The notes under the pieces were generated by a model. The model saw only the letters and a program-made list of their open reading frames with translations, did not search any database and had not been told where the DNA came from. Of a stretch of 64,000 nucleotides of DNA, positions 15,828 through 29,086 are shown piece by piece (positions within the stretch are counted from its first letter, which is position 1; each line of letters begins with the position of its first letter). This stretch comes from Dictyostelium discoideum (lineage: Eukaryota), in the NCBI GenBank assembly GCA_000004695.1, contig CM000151.3, positions 8,064,001 through 8,128,000 on the forward strand, given 5' to 3'. The position numbers and the translations under genes were made by a program.

Positions 15828-18800
15828 TTAATTTGCGCTTGAAGAAAATCTTTGAAGTTTTCTTTTTAATGGGGCTTCAACAAATCTTTTTTTGTAAATT
15901 ATGAAAACAATAGCAATAATTGCAGCTAGACCTCCAACTGGAACAGCGATCACAACTGGTAAAAACCATGACTCACGATTATTATCATCACATTCATCAA
16001 TGAATTCAGGACTAATCAATACAGAGAAGTCAGGATCTAATAAACATTTCTTTGTACAATGAGGTAAATTCATACCAACTGTAATTGAATCATTTGATTT
16101 TGATACTAACACAGTTTGCATAAATGTTGATATACCATCACTTTCGATTCTGTCTATAAATCTACCATTTAAAACTTTTGCATCTTTTTTAATAGCTATA
16201 TAATTTAATGAATTATCTTGATTTGGTGTACTATTAATTTCAATTTGATCATCATTACAATCATTTTCATTATTTGTTTGAATTTCATTTACACTTGATT
16301 TCATTTGTAATTGTAATGTATTTAAATTACTTGAATATTGATAATTTTCAATTGATACTGTCATTTTAACTGATCCACTTGTTAATTTAAAATTAATGCC
16401 TGCAAATGATACATCTCTATCTTTATTAATTTCTTCAATTGTATATGTGATATTACATTTATCATTTTGAATTGATTGAATGAATGTGTAAACTGTTTTA
16501 CTAATATTTGAAATTATTGACCATTTATTTAATAATAGATACTCATTGATTTGATTACCATTGAAATCTATCTCTATTAATTTTGTAATTAAAATTTGAT
16601 AATTTGTTTGTTGATTTGTAATATTTGTATTACCAGTATTACCATCTATTGTTGTATTAGATCCTGGTAATCCACCACTATTATCGCCACCACCACTTGG
16701 ATTTGAATATAAACTACAATCATAACCGCTCCATCTTCCAATACAATTACAATATCCAGTTGTTGTATTACAAATACCATTTGATGTCGATGTACAATGA
16801 TTTGGACATTGTTTATCATTTGAATAATATTGATAAATATCTTTTGATGTTACGTTGATTGAATTTTGAATTACACTTACTGATTTTAAACCTGTACCTG
16901 GTGGTGCTTTACAAATAATTTCACTTTCAGATATATTATAAATTGGTATACATTGTTTATTACCAATGAAAACTTGTGGATCAGTATGATTATTACCAAA
17001 CCAACCATAAATTGAAGCGCTACCACCATTGGTATCACTTGGTGAAACTGCTGATATTGTATGTAATGGAATTGAACAATCAATACCAATCCATTCGTAA
17101 GGAGTGATTGGGCATGAACAAATACCAGTCTGATTATTACATTGACCAATATTATTACAATTATTTAAACATTGTTTAAATGGGATTGAGCAATCATCAC
17201 CTTGATGGTTTGAATCACATTTACATTGACCAATATCAGATAAACAGTAACCATTACCATTACAATCATTATAATTTTCAGAACAATTTAAAATTACATT
17301 TATTCCACTTGGATTTAAAGTGAATTGCGTCGTTAAACCTCCAATTGTAATATATGATAAAATATCCTCCAAAGATGGGTCTACCACACTAGAAATTGTA
17401 CAGTATATTTGATAAAATGATGTACTTGAAACTATACAATTATAATTACCAATAGTAATGTTTACAATTGATTGATTAAAAGTAAAGAATGAACCATCGA
17501 AAATTAAACTACTTGAACCCAATACCCAATCTACCATTTCTAATCTTGGTGGTATATCTTGAGTTGACAATGGGAATATATAATTTGGATTGTTACTATA
17601 TATCAAGTAAACAATTGGTGGTGGTTTTATGGTTGTGATTGCACTTATTATTTTATTTGGTTTTATTACTTTGATATCAAATCTGTCTCCATTTTCAGTA
17701 ACTAGAAAGTTTGAGTTAACCCATGAACCACCTATATTTTCACCAAAAATATAATATTCATATTCGACATAATACATTGAATAATTATATATATTTACGA
17801 GTCTAAGATTTGGAATAATAATACCTTTTAAAAAATTTGTTATTATTTTTTGATAATTTATTGTTAAAAATTGTATTTTTAATTATGAAAAAAAAAAAAA
17901 AAAAAAAAAAAAAAGAATTTTTAAACTTACTTGGTGAAGATGGTTGATTCAAATTTGAAAAAGAATTACCAATGAATCTAGATTCTAAATCTATATTAAC
18001 TAATCCAAAGAAACATGTAAAACATGATGGAATTAATCCAGTCATTGAGTTATTACTTACAATTAAATCTAATTCACAATATGAATCATCAATTGTTCCA
18101 GTTATTTGATTAAAACTAATATCGATGCTTGTTAATTTATTATTAATTGTTCTATTGAAAATTGGTAAAGAACCTGACATTACATTATCGACTAAATTTA
18201 ATTTTTTAACATTTGTAAATAATGAAAAATCAAATGTTTCAATATATGCATTTTTGAGGGTGAACTCTTCAAATTTTTCATTTGTTGGTAAAATAAAAGG
18301 AAGTGAACCACCAAATGTAAAACCTCTACCAGTATCTTTAAAAATTAATTCTTTCATTGATTTACCAACTAATGATAAATCAATTAAAGATGGTGGGCTT
18401 AAAAGTAGTGTTCTTTCAAATTCACTTTTTTTTTTTTTTTAGTGTTAGCTATTTTCAATTATCCAATTAATAAATCAATATAAACACAAATAAAACTTAC
18501 ATTCTTGTTAAATTTTCAGCTCTAATTTGTGAAAATTCAATTGATGGGAAATTTATCTCATCATATACCTGAATTGATAAAGTATTTAAACTTTCACACT
18601 GAGTAATATTAATCCATGAAGATTGGTCAAAACCTGGAAGAAGAACAAGTTGGAAATATGCATTTATATATTTAAATGAAGGTACATTTAAGGATACAAC
18701 TTTAATATAAGATGGATTCCATATGAAGGTTCCATCTAGATCATTTTCAAAATAAATTAAATGAGATCCTATTCCAATAATACTTGAAGTTTGTATTGAT

Positions 18801-18838
<38 letters not shown>

Positions 18839-19392
18839 AGGAATTAGTTAAAAATTATAAATAATATTAAATTTTTAAAATATACATACACTTGATCTGC
18901 TTTAGAAAATATTGAAAATTTAATTTGAGTAGGAAAGGTTTGAGTTTTCATTGTTACTGAAAAATATAAAACAGTAGGTGGAAGTGGTAAAAACTGTATA
19001 TTCTCTTGAATAAGATCAAATCTTGTGGTTTTTTGAGGAAGTGAAGAATATAAAATATCACTATCTAAAACAACTGTACTTAGTGAAAGAGATGTCATGT
19101 TTTCATAACATAAAAAATCATCACCCAAAACATATGACATATTTGATTGTCCAAGGTTTAAAGTGGAAATGTAATTTTTATCACAACCAATATATAACAT
19201 TGGTTGAAAAAAAAAATCAGCTTTACAAAAATCATATTTTGATGTTGTGACATTTGGTGTGAGTTTTGAAATTGTACCCAAATTGGTTAATAAAGTTTTT
19301 ATACAATCATATTCTTTTTGGCTTAACTGTTGTTGTGAATTTACACAAATTATTAAAAAAAAAAACAACAATAGTGAATTTAAAGAAAACAT
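15828..19392 (-). CDS. Type I membrane protein with LRR, EGF, IPT/TIG and TM regions, paralog A (tgr-like). Four exons: 19392..18890, 18800..18501, 18397..17931 and 17824..15828.
   Basis: Exon 1 has a signal peptide and a Cys-capped N-terminus (MFSLNSLLLFFFLIICVNSQQQLSQKEYDC...). Exons 2-3 carry plant-type LRR-like repeats (LNLVDNVMSGSLP, ISFNQITGTIDDSYC, NNSMTGLIPSCF). Exon 4 carries EGF-like repeats (CNGNGYCLSDIGQCKCDSNHQGDDCS), an IPT/TIG domain (HTISAVSPSDTNGGSASIYGWFGNNHTDPQVFIGNKQCIPIYNISESEIICKAPPGTGLKSVSV), a conserved unknown domain and a TM anchor (FLPVVIAVPVGGLAAIIAIVFIIYKKRF). The splice phases are consistent: GTATGT, GTAAGT and GTAAGT donors with aag acceptors. Confidence 0.7.
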
Positions 19393-19725
19393 ATTGTTTT
19401 GTGTGATGAGGTTGTGATGGTTCTTTATATTTATTTTTATTTTTTTTTTTTTTTTTTTTTTTGTGCAAAAACCACCATTTCAAAAAAATCTAAAAAAAAT
19501 CTGGAAAAAAAAGAAAATTCAAAAAATTTACTTTTTCCCAAAGATATTTTTTTTTTTTGAAAAAAAAATAATCAAAACCATCGTAAAAATTATTTTATTT
19601 TATTTTTTTTAAAATTTTTTTTTTTTCAAATCAAACAACCATCCTAAAACTTATTTTTTTTTTTATAATTAACAATATGACCGAATGTGCGAATTTTCAT
19701 TTTTTAGATTTTTTTTTTTTTTTTT

Positions 19726-19757
<32 letters not shown>

Positions 19758-20074
19758 GAAATATATTTCAAATAAGAATAAAGATATTTTGTTTAAATAA
19801 AAGTGATAAAAATAGAATACAAAAAGGAATAAAAAAAAAAAAAAAAAATTATAGTCCATTTTTTTAATACACATTTTTTTTTTTTTTTTTATATTTATTT
19901 TTAGATCTATTAAATTTATTTATTTTTAGATCTATTAAATTTATTTAATTTCATTTATTTTATTTTTTTATTTATTATTTTTAAATAGAGACTCTGAAAG
20001 GTTTGATGATCTTAATTTATAATAATAGAATTTTATTTTCATTATTTTGTTGACCAAAATAAGAAATATATCCG

Positions 20075-20079
<5 letters not shown>

Positions 20080-20143
<64 letters not shown>

Positions 20144-20153
20144 TTTATTATTT

Positions 20154-20184
<31 letters not shown>

Positions 20185-20185
20185 G
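20080..20185. repeat. (ATT)n microsatellite, about 35 units
   Basis: Uninterrupted tattattatt... with a few TTTTTA interruptions, read directly from the sequence. Confidence 0.9.
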
Positions 20186-20435
20186 TTTAGTAATCACCAA
20201 TAATATTATTATAAAACTTAAAAAAATAAAGTTGGTTTTAATTCATAATATTCGTTGTTTTTTTTTTTTTTTTTTTTTTTTTACATTAATGAGTAGATCT
20301 ACGAATATTTTGTTTTGCGCTTGGGATGCAGTAATGAATCTTAGCTATTTGAATTTTAATTTCTTTTTTTTTAAAGTTATTACATTTCTAAATGGGATTC
20401 GATCCCTTGACCCAAAGTTTTATTTTTAAAAAAAG

Positions 20436-20506
20436 TGCCGCGACCTGGAATCGAACCAGGGTCAACAGAGCCACAATCTGATGTACTACCACTATACTAT
20501 CACGGC
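20436..20506 (-). tRNA. tRNA-His (anticodon GTG)
   Basis: The minus-strand sequence is GCCGTGATAGTATAGTGGTAGTACATCAGATTGTGGCTCTGTTGACCCTGGTTCGATTCCAGGTCGCGGCA (71 nt). It has a cloverleaf and a canonical GGTTCGATTCC T-arm. Its acceptor, D-arm and anticodon loop (TTGTGGC) are near-identical to eukaryotic tRNA-His-GTG. Confidence 0.85.
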
Positions 20507-20555
20507 GAATTTTGATATTTTTTCAAAAAACTGCTCACACCGATTTTATATTTTT

Positions 20556-20617
<62 letters not shown>

Positions 20618-21299
20618 CCGAAAACATTCTTTCAGGGAATTTCCAGAATTTTAAATTTTTAAAGTCGAATAAAGATTTTAAAGAAAAAAAAAGAAATGAA
20701 TAAATTGGCAAATACAATAATGACAGAATCAACAGAAACATTGGCAGATAAAATCAAGAAATCAAATGAACTCAGAACAAAGTTCAAATATTTAAAAAAT
20801 ACGTACAGAACACTTGATAAAATAAGCGAAGCAATATACCACACTCAAATTGAACTAAAACAATCACAGCAAAGAAAAATGCACCTTTAAAGCAAATTTA
20901 AAGAAAAGTTGATTTAAATTGGATTTAAATTGAATTTAAAGCCGCGTTTAAAAAATTCATTTTTAAGGTAATTTTTAAGGTAATTTTTAAGATATTTAAA
21001 AATGCCTTTAAAATTTGCTTTAAAATAAATTTTTAAGCAATTTTAAAGGTGATTTTAAAGGTGATTTTAAAGGTGATTTTTAAGGTAATTTTTAAGATAA
21101 TTTTTAAGATATTTAAAAATACCTTTAAAATTTATTTTAAATTAATTTTAAATAGGATTTAAAGTAGATTTAAAGTATATTTAAAGTGAATTTAAATTTC
21201 CTTTAAACATAAATTTAAGGTTTTTAATAAAAAAGATCTAATTTTAGAACAAAAAAATGGGGATAAAATATTCTATCATTTTTAAATTTTTCATCAAAG

Positions 21300-21440
21300 C
21301 AATCAAATGGTTTAATGGTTGATGAGACTACCCTTTGATAGAGGGTCGGGGGATCGAATCCCTTTTGGTAATTTTTGAAAAATTAAAAAAAAAATTTTTA
21401 AAAAATTTATCCGTTAAATAACGGCTTCGAACTCAGGACC
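21300..21440. other. tRNA-like fragments embedded in the retrotransposon 5' region (not a functional tRNA call)
   Basis: The plus-strand segment gtttaatggttgatgagactaccctttgatagagggt folds as a D-arm plus an anticodon arm (loop TTGATAG). The T-arm-like GGGGGATCGAATCCC is degenerate and no acceptor stem pairs. A second fragment is an imperfect hairpin, ccgttaaataacgg. These may be remnants of the tRNA target or part of the element's B-module. Confidence 0.2.
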
Positions 21441-21621
21441 TCGCTTTTAAAGCCATTAAAAAGGTAATTTTAAAGGTAATTTTAACGGCGTTCTAAAGAC
21501 CCCCTAAAAATTACCTTTAAAATTACCTTTAAAATTTTTTTAATTCAGGACTTTAAAGCAAATTTAAATTTAATTTAAAGCGAATTTAAAGGTGGTTTTT
21601 TCTTCGCTGTGATATAAATTC

Positions 21622-22803
21622 ATGATCAATATCCCAGATGAGATATCCAACAACTTGAAAGCAGAATTGGAAATCCATTTACAAGGAGATGATAAGATAA
21701 TAACAAGTAAGAATAAATTCAAAATCCTCACGGACTGCAGAACTCAAGTAATCAAGTACTCTAACGTTTTCAACGGAGTACTAAAAGGAGTTCACAGAGC
21801 AATAATAAAACCAAAAAAGATCTTCAAAACATTCAACTGGGAAAAATCAATGGACATAGTAGAAAAAACATTGCATGAAGAAGGACTGGAAATAATCAAA
21901 TTAGATAATTTAGGTGAAAACCTGATAATACACTCATTCAACTCAATTATCAGTCCAGAGCACAAAGACCAGCTAATACATTGTAAACACATAACAATAC
22001 TATTCCTCACTACAACAGAAGAAACAAAAAATCAAAGAAAAACAAATAGGGAAATCGAAGACGAAATCTCAGAAAACTCAAAAATCACGGAACTACCAAA
22101 TTCCGAGACAAAGGAAAACACAAGAATAAACATAAAATCAAAAGAAGAATTCAATCATAAAAACACTAGCGAATCAAAAAATAACAACAAAAACAAAATA
22201 GAAAACAAAAAAGAAAATAATAAAGAAATCAATAATGAAAACATCAAAGACAAGAGCAAAAACGAAAAAGTAAAGGAAAAAGAAATTGAAAATAAAAAAC
22301 CCACAACAATTAGAGCAACAACAACAACCACAACGACAGAAACGACAAATACAATAAACAATATTGAAAAGAGAAAAGTACTTCGTATCCCACCAATAAC
22401 AGTAACATATAGTGTTGACAGCAAAGAGAAAAGGAGAATGGAGTTAACTGAAGATGAAGAAGCATTAGAAGTGGTAAGAAAGATGTTCGAAAATGAAGAA
22501 GAGAACAGAATTTTTGAAGAAAAAATAAATAACCAAAAAAAGAAGGAAACCCCAAGGTTAGCCTCAATCAAAAAAAGACAAACAATGTCACCTATCCAAA
22601 ATTCAGAATCTCCAGCAACGCCAGAGATAGTAAAAAGAAAAAGATTCAACTCATCTCCAAACCCAACAACTAATCACCAAGAAATTTTAACACCTTACAA
22701 AACTCCAATTAAAATAACAAAGGAAGAATCAGATTTAATGGAAGCAGCACTAAGAGACAAATTGCCCAAAGTACTCCAAGACGTACTTCCATCTGTCTCA
22801 TTT

Positions 22804-22809
<6 letters not shown>
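21622..22809 (+). CDS. Retrotransposon ORF1 (nucleic-acid-binding, Lys/Glu/Asn-rich)
   Basis: A 395-aa ORF lying immediately upstream of ORF2 and separated from it by a poly(A) stretch. Its composition is typical of LINE ORF1. Confidence 0.55.
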
Positions 22810-22853
<44 letters not shown>

Positions 22854-22856
<3 letters not shown>

Positions 22857-25802
22857 ATAAAAATAATGACCTGGAATTGCCAAGGTTGCTCAACAATCAA
22901 AAGCATGAATCAGACAAAAAATACAATTAACCTAATAAAACCTGATATATCAATACTAACAGAAACAAATCTAAAAAAGGATCAAAATCTAGCGCAAATC
23001 AAAAACCATTACTCAACAGGAGGAAAAGGAAAAGAAGCAAGAGGAAAAGGAGTAATGGCAATAAATCACCTAGAACAAATAGAAATTAAAAACTTGGAAG
23101 AAAAAGAAGGCAGAATCTTAAAATTTACTGCAATTCTAAACAATACGGAAATCAACATAATTGGCATCTATGCACCAGCCTCATATGACAGAAGAAAAGG
23201 ATGGTTTTCAAACAATATTTCCCTTGGAGATCTAGAACAGGCAGACATAGTTACTGGTGACTTTAACATCAACAAATATGCAAAAATCAAGTTCAAAGAT
23301 GGATCATCCGATAAGAGAAAATTCACAGAAAATGAAACAATAGAATTCCTAATGATGGAAGTAGGACTCACCGAAATACTACCAAATTCAACAACTAAAA
23401 CAACCTTCAAAGATAAACTAATCGATAGAACATTCTTATCAACAAAGATGCACCAACTCAATCACTCGTACAAGATAATAGATAAAATAAACAAATCAGA
23501 CCATAACATAGTAGTGATGGATTTCAAAATACCAAATTTCACAAAAATATACAAATCACCCCTATGGAAAATGAACTCAATAATAATTAAAGAAGATAAA
23601 ACAATAAAAAAGATAGAAAAAATAATCGACCACTACCAGGAAACCAAAAGAAAAAACCTTAACATAACGGAATACTGGATTAAGTTCAAAAAAAAAATAA
23701 AAAAACAATGCATTACAACAGAAAAGAAAAGAATACTAGAGAGAAAAAAAACGCTATCAAATCTAGCAAATGAACACACAAAAACAAAAAACAAATATGA
23801 AAAAGAAACAATATCGAACGAAATAACAATACTTCAAGAAGAAGAAAGAATAGACAGAATGATCAAAAGCTCAATCAACTACATCAACAATAAAGAAATA
23901 GCATCAAATCTCCTTACATCTATTCTTAAAAAAAGAGACTCGAGCTCCCAGATTCACAGAATAAAGAACCCATCCAATGGAGAAATCGAAACAGAACAAA
24001 AAGAAATAACAGATTGCTTCAGAAAATATTACGAGACACTCTTCAAAGAGAAAGAATGCGACCAAGAAACACATACAGAACTTCTAAGCACCTGGAACCC
24101 ACCAATAGATAAAAAAAAATTAACAGAGATGGAAGACAGAATCGAAGAATATGAGGTTAAGCTAGCAATAGAAAAGATAGCAGAAGGTAAATCACCAGGA
24201 GAAGATGGAATAACATCTTCATTCTATAAAATCCACCAACACAAACTAATTCCAATCCTCACAGAACTATTCAACTTCTTTTTAAACAATGAAATTCCAA
24301 CAGAATTCAAGAACGGTATCCTTACATCAATATACAAAGGTAAAGGGGATGTCTTGGAAATCTCAAACAGAAGACCAATAACGTTACTCAACGTAGACTA
24401 CAAAATCTACTCAAAAATAATCAACAATAGAATACTAAAAATCCTGCCAAACATAATCTCAAAGTACCAGAACGGTTTTATACCAGGAAGGCTACTCCAC
24501 AACAACATTATAGCTTTGGATTTAGCAATGGAAAAGAGTGATAGAAACACGATAATCACCTTTTATGACTTCGAAAAAGCCTTCGATTCAATATCTCATA
24601 AAGCGTTAATAAGGACTCTAAACCATCTAAAGTTCCCTCGGAAAATAACAAACACAATACTAAGCATGTTAACGAACACCAACATAAGGGTCATGGTAAA
24701 TGGACAACTCTCTGAATCCTTCAGAGCAGGAAGAGGTACAAAACAGGGCGACCCAATTTCACCAACTCTCTTCGCTATAGTATGTGAATGCTTATCAACA
24801 TCAATAAGAAAAGACAATACCATAATAGGCATAAAACTCAATCAGAACAATTCGATGAAGATTGGACAATATGCAGACGACACAGTCACACTAGCCAGTA
24901 ACATAGATGACGCAGATAAAATGGATATGAAAGTTATAAAATTTTGCCAAGCCACAGCAGCAAAAATAAACGATAATAAATGTGTGTGCATCACTAAAAA
25001 CCCAAAGATAAAGACCAAATATAAGACAATTGGGGCGAAAGAAGAAGAAAGATATCTTGGCTTTTTCTTCAACCGCAAAGGTGTAATAAGCAAAGTAGAT
25101 GATACGGTGAACAAACTGGAAAACCTCACAAAATGCTATTCGAGCGTGTCATCAACGCTAAAAGGTAGAATCACAATCCTCAAATCATACCTGCTGTCCC
25201 AACTAACATTCCAACTATACATCAACGAAATAAATGACATAAAGAAACTGGAGAACGTTAATGCCAACATGTTATTCAAAGGGGACAGGTGGGCTATCTC
25301 AAAAGAAAGGAGCAGAAGAGACTATGAAATTGGAGGCCTGGAACTCTGGAATATGGCAACCAGATCCAATGCCCAGAAAGCATGGATATACGAACAATAC
25401 CTCAGAGAAAAAGACGACCAGAACTGCCCTCCACATATGGAAGTCTGGAAGTCGGAAAAAGAAAACTCACTATCAAGGATTCACATCAAATGCTGGAAAG
25501 CCTGGAAGTTGTTGCACCACCCAAGAGAGCGAATAACTCTCAAACTAAACCAAGTCAAACCCAAATATGAAAACAAACAAAAATTAAAAGTAATCTATAG
25601 AAACATGATGGATATCAAATACAAGGGATGGAACAAACACCAGCCAACAACAGGTCAAAAACTGATTCAAAAGAACATTAATCACCCAATTCTACCATTT
25701 AGAGAAGCCAGATCAATCACAACTATCAAAGGAAGAGACTTAGCATGGAGGTATCTACTCAAGGCACTTCCAAAACACCATGGGGAGAATTGCCACTTGT
25801 AA
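22854..25802 (+). CDS. Retrotransposon ORF2: apurinic-type endonuclease plus reverse transcriptase
   Basis: A 982-aa ORF. It has an EEP/APE-like N-terminus, RT motifs (PGRLLHNNIIALDLAMEK; FYDFEKAFDSISHKALI; GTKQGDPISPTLFAIV; QYADDTVTLA) and a C-terminal Cys/His-rich segment (HHGENCHL). Confidence 0.85.
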
Positions 25803-26281
25803 AGAAGAAGAGTCGTCTATGCACATCTTCTTCGAATGCAAATCAATAAAACAGGATATCGACTCAATCTATCAAAAGGTCTGTAAAGACTCTAACAACA
25901 CTTACCACGGTCCATGGAGCGAAAAAGTTCTCGGAAAACTACTCACACCATTCTCATCAAATCTGATAGGAGCCATTATGGAATCGATATGGTACAGAAG
26001 AAATCAAATAAAATTCAACGATAACACTACAATAATAACAGAGAACCAAATAATTCATAAAATCAAAAAAGCGAGAGATGCCGAATGGGATAGAACAAGA
26101 AAGATAGTAGAAAAGCAACTACGTCAAGAACTAAAATGCACTGATAACCGAGAGTCAATCAATCGGACCGCATCAATAAAAAGAAGACTCGAAAAATTCA
26201 GCCACAACTGGAACTCGAAACTCATGACCATAAACATCCCGGAACACTTCATACCATACTGCTCATATAACACCAACTACT

Positions 26282-26286
<5 letters not shown>
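25780..26286 (+). CDS. Retrotransposon 3' ORF. This is a possible out-of-frame continuation of the ORF2 C-terminal Cys-rich region.
   Basis: A 168-aa ORF that overlaps the ORF2 stop. It contains CKEEESSMHIFFECKS and ends in the duplicated 3' module. It may indicate a frameshifted, non-autonomous copy. Confidence 0.3.
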
Positions 26287-26318
<32 letters not shown>

Positions 26319-26382
26319 ATAACAATAATAATAATAACAATAATATAATAATAATATAATAATAATAAAAAAAAAAATAAGA

Positions 26383-26416
<34 letters not shown>

Positions 26417-26676
26417 ACAAATAAACTCTCCTAGAACACACTCAAATTGAGTGATGTTATTAAAAAAAAAAAAAAAATTTTATATTTTACCTTTATGGAT
26501 AGTAGAAAAGCAACTACGACAAGAACTAAAATGCACTGATAACCGAGAGTCAATCAATCGGACCGCATCAATAAAAAGAAGACTCGAAAAATTCAGTCAC
26601 AACTGGAACTAGAAACTCATGACCATAAACATCCCGGAACACTTCAGACCATACTGCTCATATAACACCAACTACT

Positions 26677-26717
<41 letters not shown>

Positions 26718-26890
26718 ATAACAATAATAATAATAATAATATAATAATAATAATAATATAATAATAATAATAATAAAAAAATAAGAATAAAATAAAAAAA
26801 AAAAAATATATAAAAAAAAAAAAAACTACAAATAAACTCTCCTAGAACACACTCAAATTGAGTGATGTTATTAAAAAAAACAATGACAGC
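26104..26890 (+). repeat. Tandem duplication of the retrotransposon 3' module (about 395 bp, two copies), each with poly(A), (ATAATA)n and a shared tail motif
   Basis: The block atagtagaaaagcaactacg(t/a)caagaactaaaatgcactgataaccgagagtcaatcaatcggaccgcatc...ctcatataacaccaactactcataaaaaaa occurs at 26104-26315 and again at 26499-26715. The tail ctacaaataaactctcctagaacacactcaaattgagtgatgttatt occurs at 26414 and again at 26826. Confidence 0.8.
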
Positions 26891-26924
26891 AAAAAAAAAA
26901 AAAGTTTGTTTACAATTATTTTTA

Positions 26925-29032
26925 TTATTTTCTGTTTAATAATTTAATCTGTCTTTTGAAACGGGCCTCAACAAATCTTTTTTTATAAATTACGTATAAT
27001 AGTGCTATAATCAAAGCACATGCAACCACTGGTACGGTAATGGCAACTGGTAAAACCCAAAATTTTTGATCATTTCCACGGCACCCGTCAACGAATTCAG
27101 GACTAACCAATACAGAGAAGTCAGGATCTAATAAACATTTCTTTGTACAATGAGGTAAATTCATACCAACTGTAATTGAATCATTTGATTTTGATATTAA
27201 TACAGTTTTCATAAATGTTGATATTCCATCACTTTCGATTCTGTCTATAAATCTACCATTTAAAACTTTTGCATCTTTTTTAATTGTTATATAATTTAAT
27301 GAATTATCTTGATTTGGTGTATTATTGATTTCAATTTGATCATCGTTACAATCATTTTCATTATTTGTTTGAATTTCATTTACACTTGATTTCATTTGTA
27401 ATTGTAAAGTATTTAAATTACTTGAATATTGATAGTTTTCAATTGATACTGTCATTTTAACTGATCCACTTGTTAATTTAAAATTAATACCTGCAAATGA
27501 TACATCTCTATCTTTATTAACTTCTTCAATTGTATATGTGATATTACATTTATCATTTTGAATTGATTGAATGAATGTGTAAACTGTTTTACTAATATTT
27601 GAAATTATTGACCATTTATTTAATAATAGATACTCATTGATTTGATTACCATTGAAATCTATCTCTATTAATTTTGTAATTAAAATTTGATAATTTGTTT
27701 GTTGATTTGTAATATTTGTATTACCAGTATTACCATCTATTGTTGTATTAGATCCTGGTAATCCACCATTATTACCACCACTACTGCCACCACCACTTGG
27801 ATTTGAATATAAACTACAATCATAACCGCTCCATCTTCCAATACAATTACAATATCCAGTTGTTGTATTACAAATACCATTTGATGCCGATGTACAATGA
27901 TTTGGACATTGTTTATCATTTGAATAATATTGATAAATATCTTTTGATGTTACATTGATTGAATTTTGAATTACGCTAACTGATTTTAAACCTGTACCTG
28001 GTGGTGCTTTACAATTAATTTCACTTTCAGATATATTATAAATTGGTATACATTGTATATTACCAATGAAAACTTGTGGATTAGTATGATTATTACCAAA
28101 CCAACCATAAATTGAAGCATTACCACCATTGATGTCACTTGGTGAAACTGCTGATATTGTATGTAATGGAATTGAGCAATCATTACCAGTCCATCCAAAA
28201 GGAGTGATTTGACATGAGCAAATACCAGTTTGATTATTACATTGACCAACACTATTACAATCATTTAAACATTCTTTTAATGGTAATCCACATGCATCAC
28301 CTTGATGATTTGAATCACATTGACATTTACCAGTTAGAGTTGTACAAATACCATTACCATTACAGTCAAGTGGATTACAATCGATATATGGCAAAGAACA
28401 ATCATCACCTTGATGTGTTGAATCACATTGACATTTACCAATATCAGATAAACAATAACCATTACCATTACAATCATTATAAGCAGAACAGTTTAAAATT
28501 TTATTTATTAAACCTGGATTTAAAGTGAATTGAGTTGTTAAATTACCAATTGTAATATATGATAAAATGTTTTTAAAGGAATCTATACTATTGAAGACTG
28601 TACATGATATTTGATTAAATGATGTACTTGTTACAAAGCAATTATCGCTACCAATTGTAATATTTACAATTGATTTATTATATGTAAAGAATGAACCATC
28701 GAAAACCAAATTCAAAGCACTTGATTGCCAATCAACCTTTTCTAAAAGAGGATTAATATTTCTGGTTGATAATTTAAAAAAATAGTTTGGATCCACTGGG
28801 CTATATTTCATGGAAATAACATCTGGAAGTTTTGAATAAGACACAACCCTTATTAATTTATTAACAATTAAAAATTGACTAGCATAATAACTACCAAAAT
28901 CATCAACAACCAAGTTTGTTGGAATCCAAATACCACCTAAATTTTCACCAAATATAAAGAATTCATACTCTAAATAAGTTGTAAAATTCTTTACATTACC
29001 TGGCATAAAGTTTGGAATAATTATTGCTAAAA

Positions 29033-29086
<54 letters not shown>

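Larger units (their letters stand above)
20545..26890 (+). mobile_element. Non-LTR (LINE-like) retrotransposon of the tRNA-gene-targeted TRE type. Probably TRE5-like, given its position about 50 bp upstream of tRNA-His in head-to-head orientation.
   Basis: The 5' region holds tandem tttaaa-rich modules (20890-21240, 21440-21600). ORF1 (21622-22809) is basic and Lys/Glu-rich. ORF2 (22854-25802) carries an APE-type endonuclease N-terminus (MTWNCQGCS) and an RT domain with FYDFEKAFDSI...QGDPISPTLF...YADD. A short 3' ORF follows. The element ends in poly(A) tails at 26284-26315 and 26688-26715 after a duplicated 3' module. Confidence 0.75.

Noticed and set aside
16886-17149. Internal antisense or alternate-frame ORFs within the receptor genes (also 27986-28264, 36285-36563, 44651-44929 and others)
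   Set aside because: They lie inside long, well-supported coding exons. They repeat identically in each paralog only because the DNA is duplicated.
20557-20613. A 57-nt poly(A) run next to the tRNA, considered as the 3' tail of an oppositely oriented element
   Set aside because: It reads as poly(A) on the plus strand, at what the ORF orientation makes the 5' side of the element. Long homopolymer A/T runs are ubiquitous in the spacers here. It is treated as target or spacer sequence, with no inference drawn.
21300-21440. Possible second tRNA gene inside the retrotransposon 5' region
   Set aside because: Only the D-arm and anticodon arm fold. The T-arm (GGGGGATCGAATCCC) and acceptor stem are degenerate. 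The anticodon would be GAT, which is not a eukaryotic Ile tRNA. This is treated as a remnant or fragment.
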